The notes: generated by a model not told the origin, from the sequence alone. Shown: positions 17,691 through 27,834, numbered from the stretch's first letter. The stretch is 64,000 bases of DNA from an uncultured delta proteobacterium (GCA_963778655.1 CAVZVA010000003.1:352001-416000); one strand, 5' to 3'. Numbers and translations are program-made.

Positions 17691-17766
17691 TGGTGGGTCA
17701 TCTCGGATTCGAACCGAGGGCCAATGGATTAAGAATCCACTGCTCTACCAGCTGAGCTAATGACCC
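17691..17766 (-). tRNA. tRNA-Lys (anticodon CTT)
   Basis: GGGTCATTAGCTCAGCTGGTAGAGCAGTGGATTCTTAATCCATTGGCCCTCGGTTCGAATCCGAGATGACCCACCA; 76-nt cloverleaf with encoded CCA. Confidence 0.98.
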
Positions 17767-17961
17767 GGGATTTTGGGCGCTAGGTGTACGCCAGCTGCCG
17801 GGGGAACGCCACACCTTTTGGCCGGGGCCCGGAAGCTGCTACAACTCTGGATAACCGCTATGGAAAGTGAGGGGGAACGGCGCCTGCCGGGGGCAATTGA
17901 CGGGCTTGCCGTGAGCCACTCTGCCGCCGCCCTGCCACATCGGAATCCGGAAGGCGACCCG

Positions 17962-19263
17962 ATGAAATGGTTGCCAATGGGACGAGGCCGGGGTGTGTCG
18001 GGAGGCGGTTGCCAGAGCCGCGGGCAGAAGTCCGCGGCTCTGGCGGCCCCTTGTATCCCCGGTATCGGGGGGCTGCTCTTGCTGCTCTCGCTGCTTTTGC
18101 TCGCGGGCCTGCTCGCTGCCTGCCAGGGCCCCCAGACAGGGCCCGGCCTGGAGCCCCCGGGCGCGCTTGGCAGCGGCGATAGGTCCACCCACGGCGCGAC
18201 CATGCCTCAAACGGCGGGCACCGGCGGCGCCTCCTTCGGTAACTCCGAACCAGGACAGGTGCCGCAGCCGACGACGATTGGAACCGGTGGCACCACCGCG
18301 GGCGTGGGCTCCCCAAGCGCCTCCATGGGCGGCGCGGGATCGGCCGCCAGCGCTGATGCCGGCGCGACCTATCCGCCGGCGATGGGTGGCACCAACGCCG
18401 CGGACTGCGCGTCGACGCGCGTGGCAGTCCAGCTCGGCGTGCACCTGCTGGTGGACGAATCGGCGGCGATGGTCTTCCCCAATGATATGTGGAGCCCGCT
18501 CGGGCAGGCGCTCGACTCGCTGGTCTCGAGCGAGTCGGGCTCGGAGCTGCAGCTCGGCGTGCAGTTCTTCCAGGGCGCCTGCGATCCCAACAGCTACGCC
18601 GCGCCCGCGTTGCCGATCGGGCCGGTGGCCCAGCAGCAACCGGCGCTCGACGCGGCGATGGGCGCGCGCACGCACGGGCCGGGCGCCGCGACCACGCTTG
18701 CGCTCGACGGCGCATTGGCCCACGCGCGCCAGTGGGCGACCGACTCGCAGGGCAACCCCGCGGTGGTGCTGATCAGCGGCAGCGAGCCGACGGCCTGCCT
18801 GGGCAACGCCAGCACCGCCGCGGCGAGCGCAGCCACCGGCCTCGACCAGATGCCGGCGGTGCCAACCTACGTGGTCGCGCTCGGCGCGACGGCCAGCCTC
18901 GACCAGGTGGCGCAAGCCGGAGGCAGCACGGCCGCGCTGCAGGTCGCCGAGCCCACCTCGCAGCAGGCGCTGCTCGAAGCGTTGCAGGCGGCGATCGCAC
19001 AGGCGGGCTGCTCGATCGCGCTTCCGGCCACAGCCGCGCCCTACCTGCCCGATCAGGTCAACCTCGAGCTGACCAGCGGCGGAGCCACCACCACGCTAGT
19101 GCGCGTGACCGACGCCGCCTCCTGCGATCCGAGCGCGGGCGGCTGGTACTTCGACGCTGCGCAGAGCCCCAAGCGCGCGCTGCTGTGCGACGCGAGCTGC
19201 AAGCAGGTCACCGGCGGCGGCAGCGTCTCGATCGTGACGGGCTGCGCGACGCGCGCCAACTGA
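17962..19263 (+). CDS. vWA-domain lipoprotein (myxobacterial type)
   Basis: LLAAC lipobox, Gly-rich linker, LLVDESAAM degenerate MIDAS, VVLISG.P..C, C-terminal GGWYFD..LC..SC; start uncertain. Confidence 0.8.
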   Translation: MKWLPMGRGRGVSGGGCQSRGQKSAALAAPCIPGIGGLLLLLSLLLLAGLLAACQGPQTGPGLEPPGALGSGDRSTHGATMPQTAGTGGASFGNSEPGQVPQPTTIGTGGTTAGVGSPSASMGGAGSAASADAGATYPPAMGGTNAADCASTRVAVQLGVHLLVDESAAMVFPNDMWSPLGQALDSLVSSESGSELQLGVQFFQGACDPNSYAAPALPIGPVAQQQPALDAAMGARTHGPGAATTLALDGALAHARQWATDSQGNPAVVLISGSEPTACLGNASTAAASAATGLDQMPAVPTYVVALGATASLDQVAQAGGSTAALQVAEPTSQQALLEALQAAIAQAGCSIALPATAAPYLPDQVNLELTSGGATTTLVRVTDAASCDPSAGGWYFDAAQSPKRALLCDASCKQVTGGGSVSIVTGCATRAN

Positions 19264-19307
19264 GGAGCGCACCCCGCGCGCGTGCTGCACGGTGCAGCGC
19301 CGTGACC

Positions 19308-22300
19308 TCAGCGCGCGGCCGACTCGCCCCCGTCCGCGGCCGCACCGCCGCGCAGCGCGCGCAGCTGGGCTACGCGCGCCGGTGCGCCCAGCCGAGCCCA
19401 CAGTTGCTCGGCGGCATCGAGCTCCCGGCAAGCCTCCGTGCGCAGGCCCGCTTGCTGCAACAGCTCCGCGAGCCCCTGCCGCGCGAACGCGACCCACGGC
19501 TGCATGCCCAGCTGCAGCGCCTTGTCCAGCGCCTGCTGGTATGCGGCGCGCGCATCTTGCTCTCGGCCCCGGCTCGCCCGCAGCGCCGCGCCGAGCTGGA
19601 TCAGCGCGCACACGTGGTAGGCGTGCTCGCCGCAGCTGCGGGTGTCCTGCTCGGCGCGCTCGGCGGTCTGCAGCGCGGCGGCCACCTCGCCGCTCCGCAG
19701 CTGCGCGTCGCTCAGCCCGACCAACAAGTAGTCCAAGCCGTAGTGCCCCGCCTCGCGATAGGTCTCGCGCGCCATCGCGTCCTCGAGCAGGGTGCGTCCG
19801 GCCACCAGCTGGCCGCAGTCGAGCAGCGCCATGCCCAGGCGCGCGGCGGTCGGCGCATACATCACACGCACCTCGTCGCGCTCGCAGATCAGCATCGCCT
19901 CGGTCAGGAGGCGCAGCGCGATCTCGGGCTCGCCCGTGACCAGGCGGAAGAACCCGCCCTCCTCGAGGATCATCGTGCGCGAATGCGGGTGGTTGAGCTC
20001 GTCGGCGAGCACGCGTCCCTCCGCCAACAGGCGCCCGGCTTCCTCGAAGCCCCCCAGCATGCTCAGGCACGAGACGGCGAAGGTGCGCGCGAACACCCCC
20101 GGATAGCCGGACCAGCCGACCAAGCGCTGGCGCCCCAGCGTGCCCGAGAACTTCTCGATCATCTCGCGAAAGATCGTCACCGCCGACTCGAGCTCGCCGC
20201 GGGCGTGATGGATCATGGCGACGTTGTAGCGGGCGGCGGTTTCGAGCGGGAGCTCGGCGGCGCCGAGCTTCCCGGTCAGGCTCAACGCGCGCTGCGCCGC
20301 CTGCAGCGCGCGGTCGTGCTTCCCCGTCAGCCACAACCCGGCCGCGAGCTGGCTCGCGACCGCGGCCATGCGCCGCTCGTCGCCGAGGTCGCGCGCGTAG
20401 ACCTCGGCCTCGCCGAGCAGGGTGATCATGCGTTCGTGGTCGCCGGCCGGCAGCAGTGGAGCGAGCGCCGACAGGCGCAGGTCGACGGCGATGCCATCGC
20501 GCTCGCGCCCCGCAGGCAGCCGCTCGAGCACCTGCAAGCCGCGGTCGAGGTAGGCGACCGCCTGCGCGTTGGCCCAGCGGCTGGCGGCACGCGCGCAGGC
20601 GAGCTGGTGGTAGTGGCCAGCCTTGGCCCACAGCTCGGCGCGATAGGTGTGCTCGGCCAGGCGCTCGACGTGCTCGGCCGGGCGCGCCGCGAACAACTCT
20701 TCCATCGCTTCGACCACCCGCGCGTGCAGCGTGCGGCGGCGCGCGCGCACCAGCCGGCGGTAGACGACCTCCTGGATCAACGCGTGCCTGAAGCGGTAGA
20801 CGGGCGCGCGCGCGGTTCCGCTCTCGAATACCAGCTCGGCCTCGATCAACGGCTGCACGCGCGCCTGCAACGCGCCCTCGGGCAACGCCGCCGCCAGTCG
20901 CAGCAGCTCAGCCGGCGACTCGTCGCCGATCACGGCGGCGGCCTGCAGCAGCTCCAGCGCGTCAGGCGACAGCCGGTCGAGGCGCGCCGCGAGCAACGCC
21001 TCCACCGTTGCCGGGACCTCGAGCTGGTCGGGCTCGCCGTGCAGCGTGTAGTCGCCTGGGCAGCCGCGCAGCAACCCGCGCTCGACCAGCATGCGCGCGC
21101 TCTCCTCGATGAAGAACGGATTGCCTCCGGTGCGCTCGGCGAGCATCCTGCGCAGCGGGGCGAGCGCAGCGCCCGGCCCCAGCAGCGCCTGCAGCAGGGC
21201 TTCGGCACCCTCGGGCGGAAGGCTCGAGAGCCGGCACTGCGCGACGTGCGCAAGCTGCGGCCAACCCGGCTCGATCTCGGTGCGATGGGTCAACAGCAGC
21301 AACGTGCGCGGACCCGGCGGCGTCTCGATCAGGCTGCGGATGAAGGCCAGCGACTCCGCGTCCGACCAGTGCAAGTCCTCGAGCACGAGCAGGCACGGGC
21401 CGCGCGCGCTGAACACCTCCAGCAAGACCCTCAGCGTGGACTCGATGCGCCGCCGTCTCTGCACCGGATCGAGCCGGCGCCATTCCGGGTCGCCCCCGGA
21501 CACGTTGAGCAGGACCAGCACGAGCTGGGTGCAGGCGTGGTCGTCGCTGCCGAGCTCGTGCAACGCCGCGTGCACCTTGCTCGCGATGCGGGCCGCATCG
21601 TCGTCGCCGTCGATGCCGAGCAGCGAGCGCAGCACGTTGGCCAGCAGCCCGTACGGCGTGCCGCGCCCGTAGGACACCGCCGCGGCCTCGAGCACGCCGC
21701 AACCCTCGGCGCCCGGACCGCGCAGCAGCTCGTAGCACAGGCGCGACTTGCCGACGCCAGGCTCTCCGGAAAGCACCAGCGCGCGGCTCTCGCCCTGCAC
21801 CGCGGCCGCGAGCGCGCCCTGCAACAGCTGCAGCGCGTCGGCGCGTCCCGACAGCGGCGAGAGCCCGCGCGGCTCGATCGCCTGGAAACGCGCCCGCATG
21901 GTGACGCCCTGCAGCTCGAACAGCTCGACCATGTCGTGCACGCCCTTGATCTCCTGCGGACCCAGCGAGCGCACCCGCAGCTGCCCGCGTCCGAGCCGCA
22001 TGGTCTCCGCGGTCAGCCACACCTGGCCGGGCGCGGCGAGCTGCTCCATGCGCGCGGCCATGTGCGTGGTCGAGCCGACCGCGCGGTACTCCATGCTGAG
22101 ATCGTTGCGGACGGTGCGGATCAGCACGTCGCCCGAGTTCAGGCCCACGCGGATCTGCGGCACGATGCCGCGCTCGACCCAGCTCGGGTCGCGCAGGCGG
22201 CCGATCGCGCGCTGCATCGCCAGCGCCGCGGCCGCTGCGCGCACCGCGTGATCCTCGTGCGCGACGGGCGCGCCGAACAACGCCATGATGCCGTCGCCCA

Positions 22301-22697
22301 GCACCTGATTGACGGTGCCCTCGAAGCGATGGACCGCCTCGGTCATGGCGGCCAGCACCGCGTCGAGCATGGCCTGGGCTTCCTCCGGGTCGCCGCCCTC
22401 GATCGCGCCGAACGAGCCGCGCAGATCGGCGAACAGCACCGTCACCTGCTTGCGCTCGCCCTCGAGCGCAGCGCGCGAGCGCAGCACGCGCTCGATCAGG
22501 TGGCTGGGGGCGCGCGTGTAGGCCGCCACCGGGTCGGCCACACGGCCGGCGAGCTCACGGCCACAGCCGCTGCAGAAGTTCGCCTGCGCCAGGTTGGTCG
22601 CGCCGCAAGCCGCGCAGCTGCGGGGCAGCTGCGCACCGCAGCACCGGCAGTCTGCGCTGACAGCCGTTGTTTCCGCTCCGCAGCTGGGACAGTGCAC
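19308..22697 (-). CDS. Class III adenylate/guanylate cyclase with double zinc ribbon, AAA ATPase and TPR domains
   Basis: CPSCG..C.CCG..CAACG..FCSGCG; ERKQVTVLFADLRG, GDGIMALFGAP; GEPGVGKS; LEDLHW. Confidence 0.92.
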   Translation of the reverse strand: MHCPSCGAETTAVSADCRCCGAQLPRSCAACGATNLAQANFCSGCGRELAGRVADPVAAYTRAPSHLIERVLRSRAALEGERKQVTVLFADLRGSFGAIEGGDPEEAQAMLDAVLAAMTEAVHRFEGTVNQVLGDGIMALFGAPVAHEDHAVRAAAAALAMQRAIGRLRDPSWVERGIVPQIRVGLNSGDVLIRTVRNDLSMEYRAVGSTTHMAARMEQLAAPGQVWLTAETMRLGRGQLRVRSLGPQEIKGVHDMVELFELQGVTMRARFQAIEPRGLSPLSGRADALQLLQGALAAAVQGESRALVLSGEPGVGKSRLCYELLRGPGAEGCGVLEAAAVSYGRGTPYGLLANVLRSLLGIDGDDDAARIASKVHAALHELGSDDHACTQLVLVLLNVSGGDPEWRRLDPVQRRRRIESTLRVLLEVFSARGPCLLVLEDLHWSDAESLAFIRSLIETPPGPRTLLLLTHRTEIEPGWPQLAHVAQCRLSSLPPEGAEALLQALLGPGAALAPLRRMLAERTGGNPFFIEESARMLVERGLLRGCPGDYTLHGEPDQLEVPATVEALLAARLDRLSPDALELLQAAAVIGDESPAELLRLAAALPEGALQARVQPLIEAELVFESGTARAPVYRFRHALIQEVVYRRLVRARRRTLHARVVEAMEELFAARPAEHVERLAEHTYRAELWAKAGHYHQLACARAASRWANAQAVAYLDRGLQVLERLPAGRERDGIAVDLRLSALAPLLPAGDHERMITLLGEAEVYARDLGDERRMAAVASQLAAGLWLTGKHDRALQAAQRALSLTGKLGAAELPLETAARYNVAMIHHARGELESAVTIFREMIEKFSGTLGRQRLVGWSGYPGVFARTFAVSCLSMLGGFEEAGRLLAEGRVLADELNHPHSRTMILEEGGFFRLVTGEPEIALRLLTEAMLICERDEVRVMYAPTAARLGMALLDCGQLVAGRTLLEDAMARETYREAGHYGLDYLLVGLSDAQLRSGEVAAALQTAERAEQDTRSCGEHAYHVCALIQLGAALRASRGREQDARAAYQQALDKALQLGMQPWVAFARQGLAELLQQAGLRTEACRELDAAEQLWARLGAPARVAQLRALRGGAAADGGESAAR

Positions 22698-22892
22698 AGA
22701 CCCTCGCCCAGGGAGCTGCGCGCCAGGCGCGGCCGTGGATACCTCCCCGTGCCTGCGGCTCAACGTAGCGCGCGCCTGCGCGGATGGCGAGGGCGGACGC
22801 GCTCGAAGTGGTCCAGGACAGCGGTTGATCGCGGCCAACCGGGGCCCGCCTCGCGTGCGGGTCCCGGGCCGCTGCTCTAGACTAGGCGTCCC

Positions 22893-23768
22893 ATGGAGGC
22901 AGCGGAGCGACGCCGCACGCAGGGCGGACTGCGGTTCTTATGGCAGGTCAGTGGCTTCGTGCTGCGCACGATTCGCGGCTTCCTGCACAACGGCGGCGTG
23001 GTGCTGGTCGGCGCGCTCGCCTACAACGGGCTGCTTTCGGTGATACCGCTGTTTCTGCTGGCCACCGCATTGTTCGCCCGCTTCGTCGATCGCGAGCGCT
23101 TCATCGCGGTCGTCGCCCGCGAGCTGCGCGACCTGGCGCCCGGAGCGTACGCGCAGCCGCTGACCGAGACGCTGCTGTCGCTGCTGAAGACGCCCTACGC
23201 CGGCGGCGTGATCGGGCTGCTCACCCTGGTCTTCTTCAGCACGCTCATGTTTCGCACCCTGCAGCACGCGCTCGACGTCATCTTCATCCACCGCCGCGAG
23301 ACCCACGACCCGCGCCCGCTGCTGGCCTCGATCGCGATCTCGATCGCCTATGTGCTGGCGATCGGGCTGGCGTCGTTCGCGCAGACGCTGGCGCTGATCG
23401 GGCTCGACGCGGTGCCACTCTTGGCCCAGGCGATCCCGCGCTGGGCGGGCCTGATCGGTATACTGGGGATGGCGTTGGTGCTGGCGTCGATCTACCTGGT
23501 GATGCCGCTCGGCAAGGGCAACACGCGCGCCGCGCTGATCGGCGGGCTGGTGGCGGCGCTGCTGTGGCAGGGCCTGCAAGGCGCCATGGTGTGGTACTTC
23601 CAGAACGTCTCGGCGGTGAGCGCGATCTACGGCTCGCTGTCGGCCGTGATCGTGGTGCTGCTGAGCTTTGAGGCCGCGGCCGCGATCGTGCTGCTGGGCG
23701 CCCAAGTGATCGCCGAGCTGGAAAAGAGCTGGCGCGCAGGCCGCCACTGGTACGAGCCTCCGGCCTGA
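22893..23768 (+). CDS. YihY/virulence factor BrkB family membrane protein
   Basis: ALAYNGLLSVIP, IYGSLSAVIVVLL, LLGAQ; multiple TM helices. Confidence 0.88.
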   Translation: MEAAERRRTQGGLRFLWQVSGFVLRTIRGFLHNGGVVLVGALAYNGLLSVIPLFLLATALFARFVDRERFIAVVARELRDLAPGAYAQPLTETLLSLLKTPYAGGVIGLLTLVFFSTLMFRTLQHALDVIFIHRRETHDPRPLLASIAISIAYVLAIGLASFAQTLALIGLDAVPLLAQAIPRWAGLIGILGMALVLASIYLVMPLGKGNTRAALIGGLVAALLWQGLQGAMVWYFQNVSAVSAIYGSLSAVIVVLLSFEAAAAIVLLGAQVIAELEKSWRAGRHWYEPPA

Positions 23769-23811
23769 CCCGTGATCTGCTACAACACCGCGGTGTCGAC
23801 GAGGCGGTCTG

Positions 23812-25494
23812 ATGTCGTCGAGAGCTGCTGATGAGCACGCGCTCGAAACGCGGAGCGAAGCGACCCCGCGGGAAGGTGGAGCCCCAACGGCTTTGCCGGT
23901 GGGGCGGGAGGGTCGCGTGACCCTTCCGGCCACCAAAGAGGTTTCGATCGAGCTTGCGCTCGATGAGCCGCAGAGCGATGCGCACTTGCGGGCGCGCGTG
24001 GCCCGGGCGCTGGGTGCGTCCGAGTCGAGCTTGCCCGCGATCGCGCTGCGCAAGCGCTCGCTCGACGCGCGCCGCGGCAGCGTGCGCTTCCGGCTGCTGC
24101 TCGAGGTCGGCGCGAGCGAAGCGGGCGAGCTCGGCGCGCCGCATCCACGCCAGGTGGGCGCGCCGCGCGTGGTGATCGTCGGCGACGGACCGGCCGGCTT
24201 GTTCTGCGCCTACGAGCTGGCCCGCCACGGCGTCGGCTGCACCGTGGTCGACCGCGGCAAGGCCGTGCAGCCGCGCCGCCACGATCTCAAGGGCCTCAAC
24301 CGGCACGGCGTGGTCGACCCGGATAGCAACTACTGTTTCGGCGAGGGCGGCGCAGGCACGTACAGCGACGGCAAGCTCTACACGCGTGCGCACAAGCGCG
24401 GCAGCGTGCGTGACGTGATCGAGATCCTGGCGCGGCACGGCGCGCCGCAGGCGATCCTTACCGACGCGCGCCCGCACATCGGCTCCAACAAGCTGCCGGC
24501 AGTGGTCGCCAGCATCCGCCGCGAGCTCGCGGGCACGGGCGTCGGCTTCGAGCTCGGCGCGCGCGTGGTCGATCTGGTAGTGCACGCGGGCGGGCGGCCA
24601 CAGCTGGCGGGCGTGCGTCTGGCCGACGGGCGCGAGCTGCTGGCCGAGCACGTGGTGCTGGCCACCGGCCACTCGGCCGCGGACGTGTACGCGCTGCTGG
24701 TGCAGCGCGGCGTGCGGCTGGAGGCCAAGGCGTTTGCGCTCGGCGTGCGCGTCGAGCACCCGCAGCCGCTCATCGATCGCATCCAGTACGGGCGCGCCGC
24801 CGGCCACCCGGCCCTGCCCGCCGCGGCCTACCGGCTGGCCCACGAGGTGGACGGGCGCGGCGTGTTCTCGTTCTGCATGTGCCCCGGCGGCTTCATCGTG
24901 CCGGCCTCGACCCTGCCCGGCGGCGTGGTGGTCAACGGCATGAGCCTGTCGCGGCGCAGCTCGCGCTACGCCAACTCCGGGCTGGTGGTCGCGCTCGAGC
25001 CCGGCGAGCTCGCGGCTGCCGGCTTCGGCGGCCCGCTCGGCGGCATCGCACTGCAGCGCAAGCTGGAGCAGGCCGCGTTCGCAGCCGGCGGCGGCATGTT
25101 GCGGGCGCCGGCCACGCGCGTGACCGATTTCGTCGCCGGCCGCGGATCGTCGACGGTGCCGGGCTCGAGCTATCTGCCCGGGCTGCAGGCGGGCGACGTG
25201 GCCGAGGTGCTCGACTGCGCCGGGCTCGCGCTCGCGGCGCCACTGCGGCAGGCGCTGCGCGCGTTCGAGGCGCGCATGCGCGGCTACCTGACCGAAGAGG
25301 CGGTGCTGGTCGGTGTGGAGTCGCGCACCAGCGCGCCCTTGCGCGTGCTGCGCCATCCGGACACGCTCGAGGCGCCCGACCTTGCGGGGCTGTTCCCCGC
25401 CGGCGAGGGCGCGGGCTACGCTGGCGGCATCATGAGCGCAGCCATGGACGGCGTGCGCATCGCGCGCCGGATTGCGGGACTGGTCGCGCGATGA
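23812..25494 (+). CDS. FAD-dependent oxidoreductase (COG2509-like)
   Basis: IVGDGPAG, FGEGGAGTYSDGKL, SFCMCPGG, GEGAGYAGGI; start may be 23917. Confidence 0.92.
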   Translation: MSSRAADEHALETRSEATPREGGAPTALPVGREGRVTLPATKEVSIELALDEPQSDAHLRARVARALGASESSLPAIALRKRSLDARRGSVRFRLLLEVGASEAGELGAPHPRQVGAPRVVIVGDGPAGLFCAYELARHGVGCTVVDRGKAVQPRRHDLKGLNRHGVVDPDSNYCFGEGGAGTYSDGKLYTRAHKRGSVRDVIEILARHGAPQAILTDARPHIGSNKLPAVVASIRRELAGTGVGFELGARVVDLVVHAGGRPQLAGVRLADGRELLAEHVVLATGHSAADVYALLVQRGVRLEAKAFALGVRVEHPQPLIDRIQYGRAAGHPALPAAAYRLAHEVDGRGVFSFCMCPGGFIVPASTLPGGVVVNGMSLSRRSSRYANSGLVVALEPGELAAAGFGGPLGGIALQRKLEQAAFAAGGGMLRAPATRVTDFVAGRGSSTVPGSSYLPGLQAGDVAEVLDCAGLALAAPLRQALRAFEARMRGYLTEEAVLVGVESRTSAPLRVLRHPDTLEAPDLAGLFPAGEGAGYAGGIMSAAMDGVRIARRIAGLVAR

Positions 25495-26174
25495 TCCCCT
25501 GGAAGCACCTCGACAGCGCAAAGGTCCCCGGCGGTGAGGGCGAGCTGAAGCTGTACCAGCGCGACCAGGAGTTCTCGATCCGCATCGACGGCTGCGAGCT
25601 GATGAACAGCCGCATGTACGGCTCGGAGGACGCGCTCGCGGAGCTTGCGTGCGCGCGCGTCACGGACCGTGCGCGGGCGCGCGTGCTGATCGGCGGGCTC
25701 GGCGTCGGCTACACGCTGGCCGCCGCGCTACGCGCGCTCGGCCCGGAAGCGGTGCTGGAGGTTGCAGAGCTGGTGCCCGCGGTGGTGCGCTGGAACCGCG
25801 GCCCGCTCTCGCACATCGCGGGCCATCCGCTGCGCGACCGCCGGGCGCGGGTGCGCGAGGTGGACGTGGGCGAGCTGCTGCGCGGCGCGCAGGCGGCCTA
25901 CGACGCGATCATGCTCGACGTCGACAACGGTCCCGATGGGCTCACGCGCAAGGCCAACGACTGGCTGTACGGCGCGAGCGGCCTGAAGGCGGCGCGCGGC
26001 GCGCTGCGGCCCGCGGGTGTGCTCGCGGTGTGGTCGGCCGCCGCCGATCGCGGCTTCGCCGCCCGCCTGCGCCGCGCCGGCTTCGCCGTCGAGGAGGTGG
26101 CCGTGCGCTCACGCGCACGCGGCCGCGGCGCGCGCCACACCATCTGGCTGGCGCGCGCACCGGGCAGATCATGA
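25491..26174 (+). CDS. Spermidine-synthase-like SAM-dependent methyltransferase
   Basis: VLIGGLGVGYTL, LDVDNGP; ATGA overlap with upstream gene. Confidence 0.88.
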   Translation: MIPWKHLDSAKVPGGEGELKLYQRDQEFSIRIDGCELMNSRMYGSEDALAELACARVTDRARARVLIGGLGVGYTLAAALRALGPEAVLEVAELVPAVVRWNRGPLSHIAGHPLRDRRARVREVDVGELLRGAQAAYDAIMLDVDNGPDGLTRKANDWLYGASGLKAARGALRPAGVLAVWSAAADRGFAARLRRAGFAVEEVAVRSRARGRGARHTIWLARAPGRS

Positions 26175-26179
26175 AGACT

Positions 26180-26250
26180 CACAGCAAGACGGCGAGACGG
26201 CAAGACGGGAAGCCGACGGGGATTTTATTCTTCCCGTCTTCCTGTTGACC
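26180..26250. repeat. Dispersed inverted-repeat (REP/MITE-like) family, copy 1
   Basis: AAGACGGGAAG ... CTTCCCGTCTTCCTGTTGA; related copies at 40482-40544 and 49152-49200. Confidence 0.75.
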
Positions 26251-26268
26251 CTTCGGAGTCATGCGCGC

Positions 26269-26976
26269 TCAGCGTGAGCCGGTTGCCTGGCGTGGCTGCA
26301 GCACGCGTAGGCGTCGCTGCACCGCGTGCAGCTCGCGGCGCAGCTCTTCGATCTGCTGCTGCTGACGCTTGAGCGCGGCGACCGCCATGCTGGTGTAGCC
26401 GTACAGGTCCACCCGGTCGCGCGCGGCGTCCACGCACAGCGGTGCGCTCGGCTCCACGTCCTCGAGCACGAACCCGAGGTGCTTGCGCGCCCGCAAGTCG
26501 TCCTTGTAGCGATAGGTCGCCAGCGGCAGCGCCAGCAGCTGATCGGCGTAGCGCTGCAGCTCGTCCGGGCTCAGGTACTCGATGTCGCGCTTGAAGCGCG
26601 CGCGAGAGATCGGGCAGCCGCCGGGCTGCATGCGCGGGTCGTGGTCGGTGCACAGCAGGTTCTCGCCGCAGCCGGTGCCGGGGTCGCAGGTCTCGCTGGC
26701 GTGCGTACAGCTGTCGCCGGCTTGTTGCGTGGTGCAGCGGGGCGCGCCGGTGGCCGCATCGGCCTGGCCCGGGCCGCCGCACACCGGATAACCGCAGGTC
26801 AAATACCAGCGCAGCGCGGGCGCGCCGCCGTCGGTGCCCGCGTCCTTGGCCGCCCCGTCGCGACCGCCAGCGTCACGCACGCCGGCATCGCCCGGCAGCG
26901 CGCTCTTGCTGCAGCCGGCCAGCGCCAGGCACGCGGCGGCTGTGTACATGCCCGCGCATCGCGCGGCGCGCGCCAT
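26269..26976 (-). CDS. Lipoprotein with C-terminal peptidase S74 / intramolecular chaperone domain
   Basis: LAGC lipobox, Cys-rich module, CPISRARFKRDI..YRYK..LGFVLEDV, terminal coiled coil. Confidence 0.82.
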   Translation of the reverse strand: MARAARCAGMYTAAACLALAGCSKSALPGDAGVRDAGGRDGAAKDAGTDGGAPALRWYLTCGYPVCGGPGQADAATGAPRCTTQQAGDSCTHASETCDPGTGCGENLLCTDHDPRMQPGGCPISRARFKRDIEYLSPDELQRYADQLLALPLATYRYKDDLRARKHLGFVLEDVEPSAPLCVDAARDRVDLYGYTSMAVAALKRQQQQIEELRRELHAVQRRLRVLQPRQATGSR

Positions 26977-27042
26977 CGCTCGGTGAGCACGCATGCATGT
27001 TTCCGTACGCGCGGCGCAGCCTCTGGCAACCCGATCGGCGGG

Positions 27043-27834
27043 CTACAAGCACACGCCGGTGCCGGTCGGAAGCCCGAGCTCCTTCGGCACGAGGCAGCTG
27101 CCCTCTCCGCAGGTCGCGTGCGCCGCGGGATCGCAGAACGCGACGCAATGGCTCTCGCTGCCGGACTTGATGCAGGCGGTGCCCGGGATGCAATCGGTGT
27201 TGAGCTCGCAACTCGCGCCGGTATGGCCACCGCCCGCCTGCAGGCACACGCGACAACTGGGGTCATCGGTCAGCGTGTAGCAGCCGCGACCCTCGCCGCA
27301 CGCGTGAGGGTCGCGCAGATCGCAATCGTCGCAGCGCTCGCACAGCGCGACGTCGCTCTGCCCGCCGTGCCCATCGCCGATGCCGATGCGGCAGCGCTGG
27401 CCTTCCGGACAACCGCGCGCCTGGTTGAAATTGCAGCAATAGTGCCGGCAGTGCCCGACTGGGCCGCCGCCCGCGGTGCAATCGAGCCCGGGTCCGCAGT
27501 CATGGTAGCTCGTGCAGGGATCGCCGTCGGCGCCGGCGCCAGCCGCAAGGCACTGCGACTCGGGCGACGCTCCCTTGGGTTGCGCCGGAAGCGCGAACAC
27601 GCAGCGCAGCCCGGAACCGCAGCTATCGGGGTCGCGCACATCGCAGGCCTCGGTGCCGCAACGCCGATCGCCTGCGTCGTTGTCGCCCTCGACCGCGAAC
27701 ATGCCCGTCATCTGCCCGGCCCCGCCGTCGGCCCCGCCGTCGGCCGCGGCCCGCAGCGGCGGCGATCCCGCCTTGCACGCAGACCAGGCGCACAGAAGCC
27801 CGCACAGCCACATCCCTCGGCCCCCGAACCGCAT
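27043..27834 (-). CDS. Cys-rich secreted/lipoprotein
   Basis: WSAC lipobox-like motif, repeated C..C..G..C modules. Confidence 0.75.
   Translation of the reverse strand: MRFGGRGMWLCGLLCAWSACKAGSPPLRAAADGGADGGAGQMTGMFAVEGDNDAGDRRCGTEACDVRDPDSCGSGLRCVFALPAQPKGASPESQCLAAGAGADGDPCTSYHDCGPGLDCTAGGGPVGHCRHYCCNFNQARGCPEGQRCRIGIGDGHGGQSDVALCERCDDCDLRDPHACGEGRGCYTLTDDPSCRVCLQAGGGHTGASCELNTDCIPGTACIKSGSESHCVAFCDPAAHATCGEGSCLVPKELGLPTGTGVCL

Larger units (their letters stand above)
260..17736. mobile_element. Integrative mobilizable element (genomic island) inserted in tRNA-Lys 3' end
   Basis: 45-bp direct repeat at both ends equal to the tRNA 3' half; tyrosine integrase, Xis-like gene, MOB_P relaxase module and oriT inside; no T4SS or rep genes seen. 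Confidence 0.93.

Noticed and set aside
260..17736. Prophage, self-transmissible ICE or integrated replicon
   Set aside because: No structural phage genes, VirB4/T4CP or rep genes recognised
18489..22880. 1463-aa plus-strand ORF
   Set aside because: Antisense shadow of the cyclase gene, typical of high-GC DNA; same for 297..1925, 716..2314, 32995..35058, 46588..48918 and 49152..52133
26269..26976. Prophage tail fibre
   Set aside because: Has a lipoprotein signal and no phage neighbours
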